From NCBI GenBank assembly GCA_964603585.1, contig CAZRVK010000001.1, forward strand, positions 271,856 through 335,855: 64,000 bases of DNA, given 5' to 3'. Position 1 is the stretch's first letter. Each line of letters begins with the position of its first letter. The notes beneath the pieces are model-generated. The model was not told the origin of the DNA, ran no database searches, and saw only the letters and a program-made list of their open reading frames with translations. The position numbers were made by a program, and so were the translations under genes. The stretch is from an uncultured Planctomycetales bacterium. GTDB lineage: Bacteria; Omnitrophota; Gorgyraeia; Gygaellales; Profunditerraquicolaceae. This document shows positions 20,937 through 29,873 of this stretch, in pieces.

Positions 20937-21368
20937 ATGCAGGTCAAAGACATTATGACCAAGAGCGTAATCACTGTTACCGCCCAAGCTAAACTTAAAG
21001 AAGTCGCCAGGATCTTCAAAGAACACCGCATCAATGGGGTCCCAGTAGTCAATAAAAAAAATGAGGTCATCGGGATCATTACCTTAACAGACATGTTAAA
21101 GATGCTTAAAGATATCCATTTGTTGGATAAAGAGGAAAATAACGCTTCAGAAACGCTTGAGATGAAGGAATGCCTGATCGAGGAAAAAGAAAATGCGACC
21201 GTAAATATGAAAATGTCAAATCAAGTCTGGAGTGTTGAAGAAGACGCTGATATCGATTATGTCCTGGAGTTGATGTGCGAACATAATATCCACACCATAC
21301 CGGTACTTAAAAACCGGATATTGGTAGGAATAATCGGGGCCACCGACATAGTGGATGTCTGCATCTAA
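20937..21368 (+). CDS. CBS-domain pair protein
   Basis: 143 aa with two CBS motifs (VKDIMTKSVITV..GVPVV; HNIHTIPVL..GIIGATDIV). Confidence 0.8.
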   Translation: MQVKDIMTKSVITVTAQAKLKEVARIFKEHRINGVPVVNKKNEVIGIITLTDMLKMLKDIHLLDKEENNASETLEMKECLIEEKENATVNMKMSNQVWSVEEDADIDYVLELMCEHNIHTIPVLKNRILVGIIGATDIVDVCI

Positions 21369-21388
21369 AGCATTTTCTGTCTAAAAAG

Positions 21389-21955
21389 CTACCGCTTTAG
21401 CAAAATATCGAATTCTAAATTCACCCTTCCGGAAGGCCCCTTTAAACCTAAAGTAGTGTTCTTGAGGGTATGGCTAATAATATATACAAAAAAAACATCG
21501 TTTCTTCGCTCCATCACGGTAAGGCTTATGCCATCAACCGCAACCGAGGCTTTTGGCAAAAGATACCTAATGAATTTAGCCGGGACCGCGATCTCAAAAG
21601 CACGATTGCCCTGACGGATCATACTCTGGCGGATTATCCCCAGGCAGTCAATATGCCCGGTAACAAAATGCCCGGAAATACGATCTCCCAATTTTAAAGC
21701 GGGTTCTAAATTGACCTTATCAGATATTCTTAAAGCACCAAGATTGGTGCTTTTAGCTGTTTCCGGCATCACCTCAAAAACAAGCGTGCCGTAAGATACT
21801 TTTACCAAAGTCAGACAAACACCGTTTACTGCAATACTATCCCCTACCAAAGCGCCCTGACAAACACCGGATGATGCCACTTCCAGTAAAATCATACTGG
21901 AGCGCCGAGATACCATTTTCACTAAAGCCAGTTCCTGCACAATTCCGCTAAACAT
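21389..21955 (-). CDS. ribE: Riboflavin synthase (alpha subunit)
   Basis: MFSGIV start and the two lumazine-binding repeats. Overlaps the ribD stop. Confidence 0.85.
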   Translation of the reverse strand: MFSGIVQELALVKMVSRRSSMILLEVASSGVCQGALVGDSIAVNGVCLTLVKVSYGTLVFEVMPETAKSTNLGALRISDKVNLEPALKLGDRISGHFVTGHIDCLGIIRQSMIRQGNRAFEIAVPAKFIRYLLPKASVAVDGISLTVMERRNDVFFVYIISHTLKNTTLGLKGPSGRVNLEFDILLKR

Positions 21956-23036
21956 ATGCCTCGAAAAGAAAATCTTCCCCGATACGCCGCAGTTTAATTT
22001 CTTTTAGTTTAAATGCCTTCTCTACCCTTAATATCCCCTCTCCCATAACCGAACTTATTGCGGACTTGCCTCCGATGATCTTAGGGCTGACGAAGAATAA
22101 TATCCGGTCTACCAGTCTTTCATCAAATAAGCTTCCAATCAATGTTCCTCCTCCCTCCACAAGGATATTGCTTATCCCTAAAGAGGCGATTTTCTTCATC
22201 ATATCTTTGAGGTTTATCTGCCCGTTTTTTTCTTTAACCTGCATTACCCGGGCCTGGTTCGACAATACCTGGCGGTTTTGTGTTAGTTGTCCAGAAGATA
22301 CCGGTAAAGTAACGATAATCACTTCCGATGAACCAGAAAATATTTTCGCACAAGCAGGAGTACTTAGCTGGCTGTCCACAATAATCTTTACCGGGTGCCG
22401 TTTAGAAAACCAGGCATCTAATTTCGGGTCATCCCGCAAAACAGTATTTACCCCTACCATTATCGCATCAAACCCGGCACGCAAGCGATGCGCATAAGCC
22501 CGCGAGCGGTCAGAAGTTATCCATTTTGAATCACCGGACCTGGTTGCGATCTTGCCATCCAGCGACTCGGCAACTTTTACCGTAACAAAAGGCATCCGGG
22601 TAGTGATATATTTTATAAAGACCTCATTCATTTTCTTGAGTTTATCCTCTAAACAACCCACAGACACCTTAATACTATTTTCTTTTAAAACCGCAATCCC
22701 CTTACCGTTATTCAAAGGATTTGGATCAATCATACCGATAATGACCTCTTTAATCCCGCTTTTAATTACCGTATCGACACAAGGCGGAGTACGGCCAAAA
22801 TGCGTACAGGGCTCCAGAGTAACATAAAGCACCGCGCCTTGGGCAAGTTTTCCAGCTTCAGCGATTGCACCGACTTCAGCATGAGCCAATCCTGCCTGTT
22901 CATGATAACCACACCCAACAATACGACCGTTTTTTACTACCAGAGCGCCAACCATCGGGTTCGGCGCAGTTTTTCCCTTGCCTTTAAGGGCCAAGCGCAT
23001 GGCTAAATTCATATAATACTCATGGTTCCTCTTCAT
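21948..23036 (-). CDS. ribD: Bifunctional diaminohydroxyphosphoribosylaminopyrimidine deaminase / 5-amino-6-(5-phosphoribosylamino)uracil reductase
   Basis: CMP/dCMP deaminase zinc motifs (HAEV..PCTHFGRTPPC) plus a RibD_C reductase domain. Confidence 0.9.
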   Translation of the reverse strand: MKRNHEYYMNLAMRLALKGKGKTAPNPMVGALVVKNGRIVGCGYHEQAGLAHAEVGAIAEAGKLAQGAVLYVTLEPCTHFGRTPPCVDTVIKSGIKEVIIGMIDPNPLNNGKGIAVLKENSIKVSVGCLEDKLKKMNEVFIKYITTRMPFVTVKVAESLDGKIATRSGDSKWITSDRSRAYAHRLRAGFDAIMVGVNTVLRDDPKLDAWFSKRHPVKIIVDSQLSTPACAKIFSGSSEVIIVTLPVSSGQLTQNRQVLSNQARVMQVKEKNGQINLKDMMKKIASLGISNILVEGGGTLIGSLFDERLVDRILFFVSPKIIGGKSAISSVMGEGILRVEKAFKLKEIKLRRIGEDFLFEAYV

Positions 23037-23057
23037 ATACGCTTCCTTAAACTTTAA

Positions 23058-23909
23058 CTAACCCCGGGCGGCCGATTTTAATCCTTCTACGAATTGATAC
23101 GGCAACTTGACCAAACCAATCTTTATATCCGGTTTTGCCTTACCATGGCAATCAGAACCGCCAGTAACTAAAAGGTCATATTCCTTTGCTAATTCAAGAT
23201 ACCGGTTGATCATCGATTGCGTATGTTCCGGATAATACACCTCAAGCCCCATGATACCGAAATCAACAAAATGCCGGATCATTTCATCGTTCCTTAAAAG
23301 ATACGGATGGGCTAAAACCGCAACCCCTCCGATCCCCCGGATCAACTGAATAGCCTCTAAGGGGGAAAACCTGAAACCACAAACATACGCAGGAGATTTA
23401 TCCCCGATATATCTCTGGAACGCTTCCGAGGTAGAACCGACAAATCCATCTTTTACCATTGCCCGGGCAATATGCAACCGGCCAACGGTGCCATCTCCTC
23501 CTATTTCAAACACCGATTCAGCTTTAAGCTTTATCCCCAGGCATTTCAGTTTATCCACCATTTCATACACACGAGCAATCCGGTTTTGCCGCAATAAAGC
23601 AAGCTTGCTCCTTAGATCGCCATTTGCCGGATCAAAACAATACCCCAGGATATGCACCTCTACCCCATTATATTCAGAACTTAACTCGATCCCGGGAACT
23701 ACCTCTATACCGAATTCCCGGGCCGCCGCAACCGCAGGGGTAATCCCTTCAATAGTATCGTGATCTACTATCGAGACCGCGGACAAGCCTGCTTTAACCG
23801 CTTTTTTTATCAACTCTTCCGGGGTAAAGGTACCGTCTGAAAACACGGTATGCAAATGCAAATCGGCAAATTTTACTTTTTCATCCTGCCGTTTGTTATT
23901 TGGCTTCAT
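23058..23909 (-). CDS. PHP-family (polymerase/histidinol-phosphatase-like) metal-dependent phosphoesterase embedded in the rib operon
   Basis: N-terminal DLHLHTVFSDG motif, 283 aa. Translationally coupled to nusB (4-nt overlap). Confidence 0.75.
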   Translation of the reverse strand: MKPNNKRQDEKVKFADLHLHTVFSDGTFTPEELIKKAVKAGLSAVSIVDHDTIEGITPAVAAAREFGIEVVPGIELSSEYNGVEVHILGYCFDPANGDLRSKLALLRQNRIARVYEMVDKLKCLGIKLKAESVFEIGGDGTVGRLHIARAMVKDGFVGSTSEAFQRYIGDKSPAYVCGFRFSPLEAIQLIRGIGGVAVLAHPYLLRNDEMIRHFVDFGIMGLEVYYPEHTQSMINRYLELAKEYDLLVTGGSDCHGKAKPDIKIGLVKLPYQFVEGLKSAARG

Positions 23910-24325
23910 TGCCTTCCTTTTTCCTGTTTGATCTTATCGAGTATGCCGTTTACGAACTTTCCCGCTTCCTGACCGGAATATTTCTTTGCCAGATCCACGG
24001 CTTCATTGATCGATACCTTGGGGGGAATATCACTGCGCATGATCAGTTCATAGCAGCCCAAACGCAGGACATTGCGATCAACCACCGCCATACGCTTAAG
24101 CTGCCAGTTAGTTGCATACTCGGATATTTGTTTATCAATGCTCGCCAGATTCTCTCCCACCCCTTTTACCAACTCAACAGTAAAAACCTTGACCTGATTA
24201 TCAATCCCTTCCTGAATATGAGTGGACCAAAAATTATCAAGGCTGGCATCACAAGGATCATGGGTAATATCCATCTGATAAAGTATCTGCAAAGCGAACT
24301 CGCGTGCTTGTGTGCGTTTTCTCAT
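23906..24325 (-). CDS. nusB: Transcription antitermination factor NusB
   Basis: 139 aa, AREFALQILYQ start typical of NusB. Confidence 0.85.
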   Translation of the reverse strand: MRKRTQAREFALQILYQMDITHDPCDASLDNFWSTHIQEGIDNQVKVFTVELVKGVGENLASIDKQISEYATNWQLKRMAVVDRNVLRLGCYELIMRSDIPPKVSINEAVDLAKKYSGQEAGKFVNGILDKIKQEKGRQ

Positions 24326-24346
24326 CGTAAATTAAATGTTCACCGG

Positions 24347-24814
24347 TTATTTGATTTGGGTTAATAAATTCGCCATTTCAATAGCGTTTACCGCCGCATC
24401 CCTTCCTTTATTGCCATCTTTAGTGCCTGCGCGCTCGATTGCCTGCTCAATCGTGTCTGCTGTAATCACTCCAAAAACTACGGGTAATCCAGTATCCAAA
24501 GAAACGCTGGCGATACCTTTGGCAACCTCCGCAGAAACATATTCAAAATGAGGAGTACTACCACGGATTACCGTGCCTAAACAAATCAGGGCATCATAAG
24601 ATCTAGTTTTTGCAAGTTTTAGAGCAACAAGCGGTATTTCAAAAGCACCGGGAACCCAGGTAACCGACAAATCCTTATCATCTGCTCCATGGCGCAATAA
24701 GGTATCCAGGCATCCGCTCAACAACTCCTTAGTGATCAAATCATTGAACCTGCTGGCTACAATCGCAAACCTTTTGCCTTTAGCTATAAGATTGCCTTCG
24801 ATTCTCTTTGACAT
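24347..24814 (-). CDS. ribH: 6,7-dimethyl-8-ribityllumazine synthase
   Basis: 155 aa with the FAIVASRFN signature. Confidence 0.9.
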   Translation of the reverse strand: MSKRIEGNLIAKGKRFAIVASRFNDLITKELLSGCLDTLLRHGADDKDLSVTWVPGAFEIPLVALKLAKTRSYDALICLGTVIRGSTPHFEYVSAEVAKGIASVSLDTGLPVVFGVITADTIEQAIERAGTKDGNKGRDAAVNAIEMANLLTQIK

Positions 24815-24824
24815 ACTCCCTCCT

Positions 24825-26033
24825 TTATATTGTTAAATTATGCCCCATCTTTTCTTTTTTAGTCTTTAAATACCTTAAGTTTGATGGATTCGGCGGGATC
24901 TCTAAAGGGACCCTCTCTACTACACGTAAACCATAACCTTCCAAACCAACGATCTTACAAGGATTGTTCGTTAACAGACGAATATTCTTTAACCCCAGAT
25001 CCACCAGTATCTGTGCACCAATACCATAATCTCTCAAATCAGGTGCAAACCCCAAAGCCTGATTGGCCTCAACCGTATCCATCCCTTTATCCTGCAAGCT
25101 ATAAGCCCTGATCTTCTCTGTTAAGCCAATTCCCCGCCCTTCCTGATTCATATATAAAATGACTCCGCGTCCTTCTTTCTCAATAACCTGCATAGCCTTT
25201 TGCAGCTGACGGCCGCAATCACACCTCAATGAATTAAAAACATCACCCGTTAAACACTCGGAATGCACCCTAACCAAAACACCTTCTTGAGTCAGGTCCC
25301 CCATGGTCAGGACAGTGTGGACTTGAGTATTAATCAAATCCTTATACAGGATCAAATTAAAAGTCCCATATTCGGTCGGTAATGTGGTGGACGCTACTTT
25401 CTCAACCAGTTTTTCCAGCCGGCGGCGGTATTCGATCAGACTTTCAATCGAACAAATCTTAAGCTTATGCTGCCTGGAAAACTCGATCAATTGAGGCAGC
25501 CGTGCCATCGTACCATCATCATTCATGATCTCACAAATGACACCCGCAGGATAAAGACCCGCTAAACGCATTAGATCTACAGTTGCTTCGGTATGGCCTG
25601 CCCTTACCAAGACACCGCCATTACGCGCCTTTAGAGGAAAAGTATGCCCGGGACGGATCAAATCCTCCGGTTTTGCTTGAGGGCTGATCAAAACTTCAAT
25701 CGTGCGTGCGCGGTCATACGCAGAGATCCCTGTAGTTGTACCTAATGCGGCATCTACCGAAATCATCCAAGCGGTAGAAAACTGGTCTTTCTTACGCCAG
25801 GAATGCTTGTCCGTAACCATTGGATCCAAATCCAAGCTTCTTAACCTTGCCTCTTCCATAGGGACACAAATAAGCCCGCGTCCAAATTTAGCCATGAAAT
25901 TTATATCTTCCGGGCGCGCAAAAGAAGCCGCCATCAACAAATCTCCTTCATTTTCGCGGCCTTCATCATCCACAACCACTACCATACGGCCATGCTTTAA
26001 ATCTTCTAAGATCTCCGGAATAGTATTGAACAT
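24825..26033 (-). CDS. ribBA: Bifunctional 3,4-dihydroxy-2-butanone-4-phosphate synthase / GTP cyclohydrolase II
   Basis: DHBP synthase ([14 protein letters not shown]) plus GTP cyclohydrolase II (CxCxxC..). Start chosen at the MFNTIPEIL Met because it has the better RBS (AAGGAAAG). The listed ORF begins 9 codons upstream at 26060. Confidence 0.85.
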   Translation of the reverse strand: MFNTIPEILEDLKHGRMVVVVDDEGRENEGDLLMAASFARPEDINFMAKFGRGLICVPMEEARLRSLDLDPMVTDKHSWRKKDQFSTAWMISVDAALGTTTGISAYDRARTIEVLISPQAKPEDLIRPGHTFPLKARNGGVLVRAGHTEATVDLMRLAGLYPAGVICEIMNDDGTMARLPQLIEFSRQHKLKICSIESLIEYRRRLEKLVEKVASTTLPTEYGTFNLILYKDLINTQVHTVLTMGDLTQEGVLVRVHSECLTGDVFNSLRCDCGRQLQKAMQVIEKEGRGVILYMNQEGRGIGLTEKIRAYSLQDKGMDTVEANQALGFAPDLRDYGIGAQILVDLGLKNIRLLTNNPCKIVGLEGYGLRVVERVPLEIPPNPSNLRYLKTKKEKMGHNLTI

Positions 26034-26103
26034 GCTCTTTCCTTTGTTTTGTCCGATCATAAAACACTATCTGCTCAATAAACACCTGCGTACAACAATC
26101 AAT

Positions 26104-26378
26104 AAAAAAGCCCGAACATAATCTTCGGGCATACGCAGCTGGTTATCTTCTCTCATCTGGACTTTATCGCAAAAAGCATCAAAGCTTGTTCCAGGCGCTA
26201 TTTAAGGCGCCGGAGTTTCGCTTTTTGCTCAACTCCCGGCTTTATTTGATACGCCGGAATTTCGCTTTTTGCTCAACCATCGGCTCTGGAATATTACCAG
26301 ATCAATCCGCCAATAAAATATCGGAGGATTCGCGGGCTTAACCGCCGGTCAGGAATTACACCTGCCCCGAAGACTAAC
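26104..26378 (-). promoter_or_regulatory. FMN riboswitch (RFN element) with its terminator, in the leader of the rib operon
   Basis: Minus strand reads ..UCUUCGGGGCAGGUGUAAUUCCUGACCGGCGGUUAAGCCCGCGA...GGUAAUAUUCCAGAGCCGAUGG...AAAGUCCAGAUGAGAGAAG, then a hairpin (GCCCGAAGAUUAUGUUCGGGC) and a U-tract. The conserved P1-P5 cores match the RFN consensus. A large insertion lies in the variable P6 region. Confidence 0.85.
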
Positions 26379-26385
26379 TTTATTT

Positions 26386-26413
26386 AGTTTACCATAAAAT
26401 CCCGGCTTGTCAA
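26386..26413 (-). promoter_or_regulatory. Sigma70-type promoter for the rib operon (TTGACA-16-TGgTAAACT), placed so the transcript starts at the first riboswitch nucleotide
   Basis: Read on the minus strand immediately upstream of the riboswitch. Confidence 0.5.
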
Positions 26414-26455
26414 TGTTAAAAAGCTAAAGGGCCTCCCGGGCTTCTTCCTTGCTAC

Positions 26456-26484
26456 TTGACCAAACTTCATCTAAAAGCTATAAT
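26456..26484 (+). promoter_or_regulatory. Consensus sigma70 promoter TTGACC-17-TATAAT, 7 nt upstream of the cinA-C ATG. This implies a leaderless mRNA
   Basis: Seen in sequence. The listed ORF's TTG start is the -35 box itself. Confidence 0.6.
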
Positions 26485-26491
26485 AATATTT

Positions 26492-26965
26492 ATGCAAAAA
26501 CTCGTAAATCAAATACACCGCCAGCTTACCAGGCAAGGAAAAACTATCGCCATAGCTGAATCCTGCACCGGAGGCCTATTATCAAGCCTGCTTACCAGCC
26601 TTGCAGGAAGTTCTAAATTCTTTATTTTAGGAGCAATTACTTATTCTAACAAAGCAAAATCCAGGGTACTAAAAATCCCTTCAACGCTAATTAAAGAAAA
26701 AGGCGCAGTTTCCCGGGCAATTGCCATAAGAATGAGCCGCCGGATACGTAAAATAGCCGGTTCTGACCTTGCAATCAGTATCACCGGGATCGCCGGGCCT
26801 TCCGGAGGAAGCAGGCGTAAACCCGTAGGCACGGTTTTTATATCTATAGACTCTAAGGTAAAGAACCTGTGTAAAAAGTTCCGTTTTAATGGCAGCCGTA
26901 CTATTATCCGGAAGAAATCCGCACTTAAAGCCTTGGAACTATTGAAAAAAAACTTATCCGGCTAA
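26492..26965 (+). CDS. CinA C-terminal domain protein (nicotinamide-nucleotide amidohydrolase PncC-like)
   Basis: MQKLVNQIHRQL..IAIAESCTGGLLSS signature of the CinA_C domain. Start moved to the first ATG after the promoter. Confidence 0.75.
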   Translation: MQKLVNQIHRQLTRQGKTIAIAESCTGGLLSSLLTSLAGSSKFFILGAITYSNKAKSRVLKIPSTLIKEKGAVSRAIAIRMSRRIRKIAGSDLAISITGIAGPSGGSRRKPVGTVFISIDSKVKNLCKKFRFNGSRTIIRKKSALKALELLKKNLSG

Positions 26966-26998
26966 CAGCAAACTGCCGAATCATTGAACGCCTGTCTT

Positions 26999-27571
26999 AT
27001 GAGAGCATTTATCGCAATTGATTTGCCAAAAGAGATCAAGGATAACCTATGCCTTGTACAGGAAAACTTTAAAAAACTTCCCGCCAGGATCAATTGGGTA
27101 AACCCGGATAACATCCACTTGACCCTAAGGTTCCTGGGCGAAATAGAGCAAAGCCAAACTGATAAGATCATTACCGCTATAAAAGGATCTGCATTATTAA
27201 CCAGTCCTTTTCAGATAAACCTATCATCTATCTCGGTTTTTCCCGATACTGCTCTGCCGCGTGTAATCTGGATAGGAATAAATTCCGGAAATGAGCGGAT
27301 ACAGGAAATCTACCGAAATCTGGGAACTAAACTAAAATCACTGGGGATCCCGGAGGAAAGCCGGCAATTCTTGCCGCATATCACCATCGCAAGGATAAAA
27401 ACCATCTTAAAGAAAAAAGAATTCCTCATGGAGTTAAATAACCTAAAAGACACATCCCCAAAGGTAAATTCATATTTCCAGGCAAGAAAAATAACTTTGT
27501 TTAAAAGCAGGCTTACCGCTAAAGGAGCGGTTTACGAAATAATAAAAGAATTGGATCTATTAGGCCATTAG
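26999..27571 (+). CDS. thpR: RNA 2',3'-cyclic phosphodiesterase (2H phosphoesterase, ThpR/LigT family)
   Basis: Two H-x-T/S-x motifs (IHLTLRFLG; PHITIARI). Start chosen at MRAFIAIDLP. Confidence 0.75.
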   Translation: MRAFIAIDLPKEIKDNLCLVQENFKKLPARINWVNPDNIHLTLRFLGEIEQSQTDKIITAIKGSALLTSPFQINLSSISVFPDTALPRVIWIGINSGNERIQEIYRNLGTKLKSLGIPEESRQFLPHITIARIKTILKKKEFLMELNNLKDTSPKVNSYFQARKITLFKSRLTAKGAVYEIIKELDLLGH

Positions 27572-27573
27572 AA

Positions 27574-28038
27574 CTAAAACTTAACCAGCAACCTTAACAC
27601 AACCTGCAGGATAAGATTCGCATACACGCCAGCGACCAGGTCATCCAGCATGATTCCCAGCCCGCCTTTTAATTTTTCTAATCTTGCCGCCGGGTATGGT
27701 TTTAATGTATCCAGGATGCGAAAAAGCAAAAAAGCGATGATTACTATTTTCAGGGAATAAAACGGCAGGAATGATAAACTAAGGAGCATACCGCATACTT
27801 CATCAATAACCACATATTTCGGGTCTTTTTGTGCAAATACAACCTCTGCCTTGCTGCTGGCCCAAAAACCCAGGAATACCAAAAATAAAGTACTTAGAGT
27901 ATGAACAATCAGGTTTCCGCAGACAAGATAAAATACGATCACCCCGGCCAAACTGCCGAATGTCCCGGGGATCATTGGGAAATATCCGGAATAAAAAAAA
28001 GTACTGATCAGTTTTACCAGTGATGCTGGGATATTCAC
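27574..28038 (-). CDS. pgpA: Phosphatidylglycerophosphatase A
   Basis: 154 aa membrane protein with the PgpA signature (GTFGSLAG..IDEVCG). Confidence 0.75.
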   Translation of the reverse strand: MNIPASLVKLISTFFYSGYFPMIPGTFGSLAGVIVFYLVCGNLIVHTLSTLFLVFLGFWASSKAEVVFAQKDPKYVVIDEVCGMLLSLSFLPFYSLKIVIIAFLLFRILDTLKPYPAARLEKLKGGLGIMLDDLVAGVYANLILQVVLRLLVKF

Positions 28039-28047
28039 GGATTAATA

Positions 28048-28626
28048 TTAAAACTTAGTGATGATCTTGCGGTTATTCCAAAGATAGTTCAAACCGGAAT
28101 ACAATGTCATTCCTACCGTAACCAGCATAAGAAAATATATTCCTTGGCGGAAGAATTTTTCAGACGCAGGGTTCCAGGTAAAAAACACTAGCATGGTTTC
28201 TTTTAAGACGATAAAACCCAGTATCAAAAATATCACCGACATTTGAGCAACCGTTTTATGTTTACCGGCCTTGCTTGCAGATAAAACCTTGCCCTTATTC
28301 AAGGCAAATAAACGCAAGGAAGTGATCAGTATTTCTCTAAAGATAATGATCACAAACATCCAGGCCTCAATGATCTGCATCTGGACAAACGCCGCAAAAG
28401 CGGCCAATACCAGGATCTTATCGGCAATCGGATCCATCAATTTGCCGAAATCAGTCACCATGTTCTTTTTTTGAGCGATCCTGCCGTCTAAAAAATCAGA
28501 AAGCGCGGCAAAAATGAATATCGCCAGTGCCAACACCTTAGCCCAAAGCCCGTGCACAAACAGAAAAAACATAAAAACAAACGTAAGTACGATCCGCAGC
28601 ATTGTCAAACGATTAGCAAGATTCAT
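28048..28626 (-). CDS. pgsA: CDP-diacylglycerol--glycerol-3-phosphate 3-phosphatidyltransferase
   Basis: CDP-alcohol phosphotransferase motif (DFLDGRIAQ..G..DPIADK). Confidence 0.85.
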   Translation of the reverse strand: MNLANRLTMLRIVLTFVFMFFLFVHGLWAKVLALAIFIFAALSDFLDGRIAQKKNMVTDFGKLMDPIADKILVLAAFAAFVQMQIIEAWMFVIIIFREILITSLRLFALNKGKVLSASKAGKHKTVAQMSVIFLILGFIVLKETMLVFFTWNPASEKFFRQGIYFLMLVTVGMTLYSGLNYLWNNRKIITKF

Positions 28627-29873
28627 TTAATCACCTCGGCAACTAAATCATATTCTAAAGTATCTATGACCTTACACTTTACGATCTCACCTGTTTTCAA
28701 ATCATCCCTTCCAGAAATATAGACCAGCCCATCTACCTCCGGGGCATCATACTGGCTTCGGCCAATAAAACCGTCGCCTTCCTGGGATTCTACTAAAACC
28801 TCAATAATCCTTCCCATCATTAAAGCATTTAGCCCGCGCGAAATATCCTGTTGCTTTAACATCAACTGGTCGAACCGCGACTTTTTAATACCGGATGCAA
28901 CCTGATGCTTTAAACTGTAAGCGCTGGTCCCCTCCTCACGCGAATAAGTAAAAACCCCTAAGCGCTCAAACCGTGTATCGGCTACAAAATCAAGCAGTTC
29001 CCGGAACTCCTTATCAGTTTCTGTCGGAAAACCTACGATCAAAGATGTCCTGATCGCCGCATCCGGCAGCTTCTTTCTAATAAGGTCTATTATCTTTATT
29101 ATACCACTTTTTGTGGTTTTACGATGCATCAATTTTAATATCCGGTCATTAATATGCTGGATCGGAAGATCAATATACCTGCATACCCGGTTGTCTTCCT
29201 GCATCAGATCCAGCAATTCATCAATAAGCTCGAATTCCGGATACAGATAAAGCAACCTGAACCAGCTGATACTCTTTGATGCGTTCAGGATTTTCCTTAA
29301 TAACTCCGGGAGCTTACGCTGGCCGTATAAATCCAGGCCGTAACTGCTCGTATCTTGCCCGATAATATTGAGTTCAGCTACACCCTGCCGGTCAAAGGCC
29401 CTGCATTTCCTAAGGGCAGTTTCCATCTCTAAACTGGTAAACTTACCCTTGATTCGTGGGATAATACAAAAACTGCAATAATTAGTACAACTCTCACAAA
29501 TCTTAAGATATGCATACTGCCTTGGGGCAATTACAAACCGTTCCGTTTGAGGCGCGAGCGCAACCGCCCCGATAAAAGCGTCTACCTCGGGGAACTCCCT
29601 GATCAAAACATCCTTATAACGTTGCGCCAGGCAGCCAGTAACAATAATCTTCTTTATCCTGCCTTGGCGCTTCAATGTGATCAAATCCAGGATCGCATCT
29701 ATTGATTCTTGTTTGGCATCATTAATAAATGCACAGGTATTCAAAATGGCAGTATCCGCATCACTTATGTCAACGACCAAAAAACCTTTTTTAACTATCC
29801 TTCCTAAATACTCTTCAGCATCCACTAAATTACGTGGGCAGCCTAAGCTTAAAATACCGACTTTTTGCTTCAT
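28623..29873 (-). CDS. rimO: Ribosomal protein S12 methylthiotransferase
   Basis: MTTase N domain (ILSLGCPRNLVDAE), radical-SAM CxxxCxxC (CTNYCSFC) and a C-terminal TRAM domain. Confidence 0.85.
   Translation of the reverse strand: MKQKVGILSLGCPRNLVDAEEYLGRIVKKGFLVVDISDADTAILNTCAFINDAKQESIDAILDLITLKRQGRIKKIIVTGCLAQRYKDVLIREFPEVDAFIGAVALAPQTERFVIAPRQYAYLKICESCTNYCSFCIIPRIKGKFTSLEMETALRKCRAFDRQGVAELNIIGQDTSSYGLDLYGQRKLPELLRKILNASKSISWFRLLYLYPEFELIDELLDLMQEDNRVCRYIDLPIQHINDRILKLMHRKTTKSGIIKIIDLIRKKLPDAAIRTSLIVGFPTETDKEFRELLDFVADTRFERLGVFTYSREEGTSAYSLKHQVASGIKKSRFDQLMLKQQDISRGLNALMMGRIIEVLVESQEGDGFIGRSQYDAPEVDGLVYISGRDDLKTGEIVKCKVIDTLEYDLVAEVIK

Noticed and set aside
26456-26491. TTG-initiated N-terminal extensions of cinA-C (MTKLHLKAIIIF) and comF (MTKYSLVVIIWG at 40340)
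   Set aside because: The TTG is the first triplet of a perfect -35 hexamer. The first ATG downstream of the -10 box is the more plausible start.
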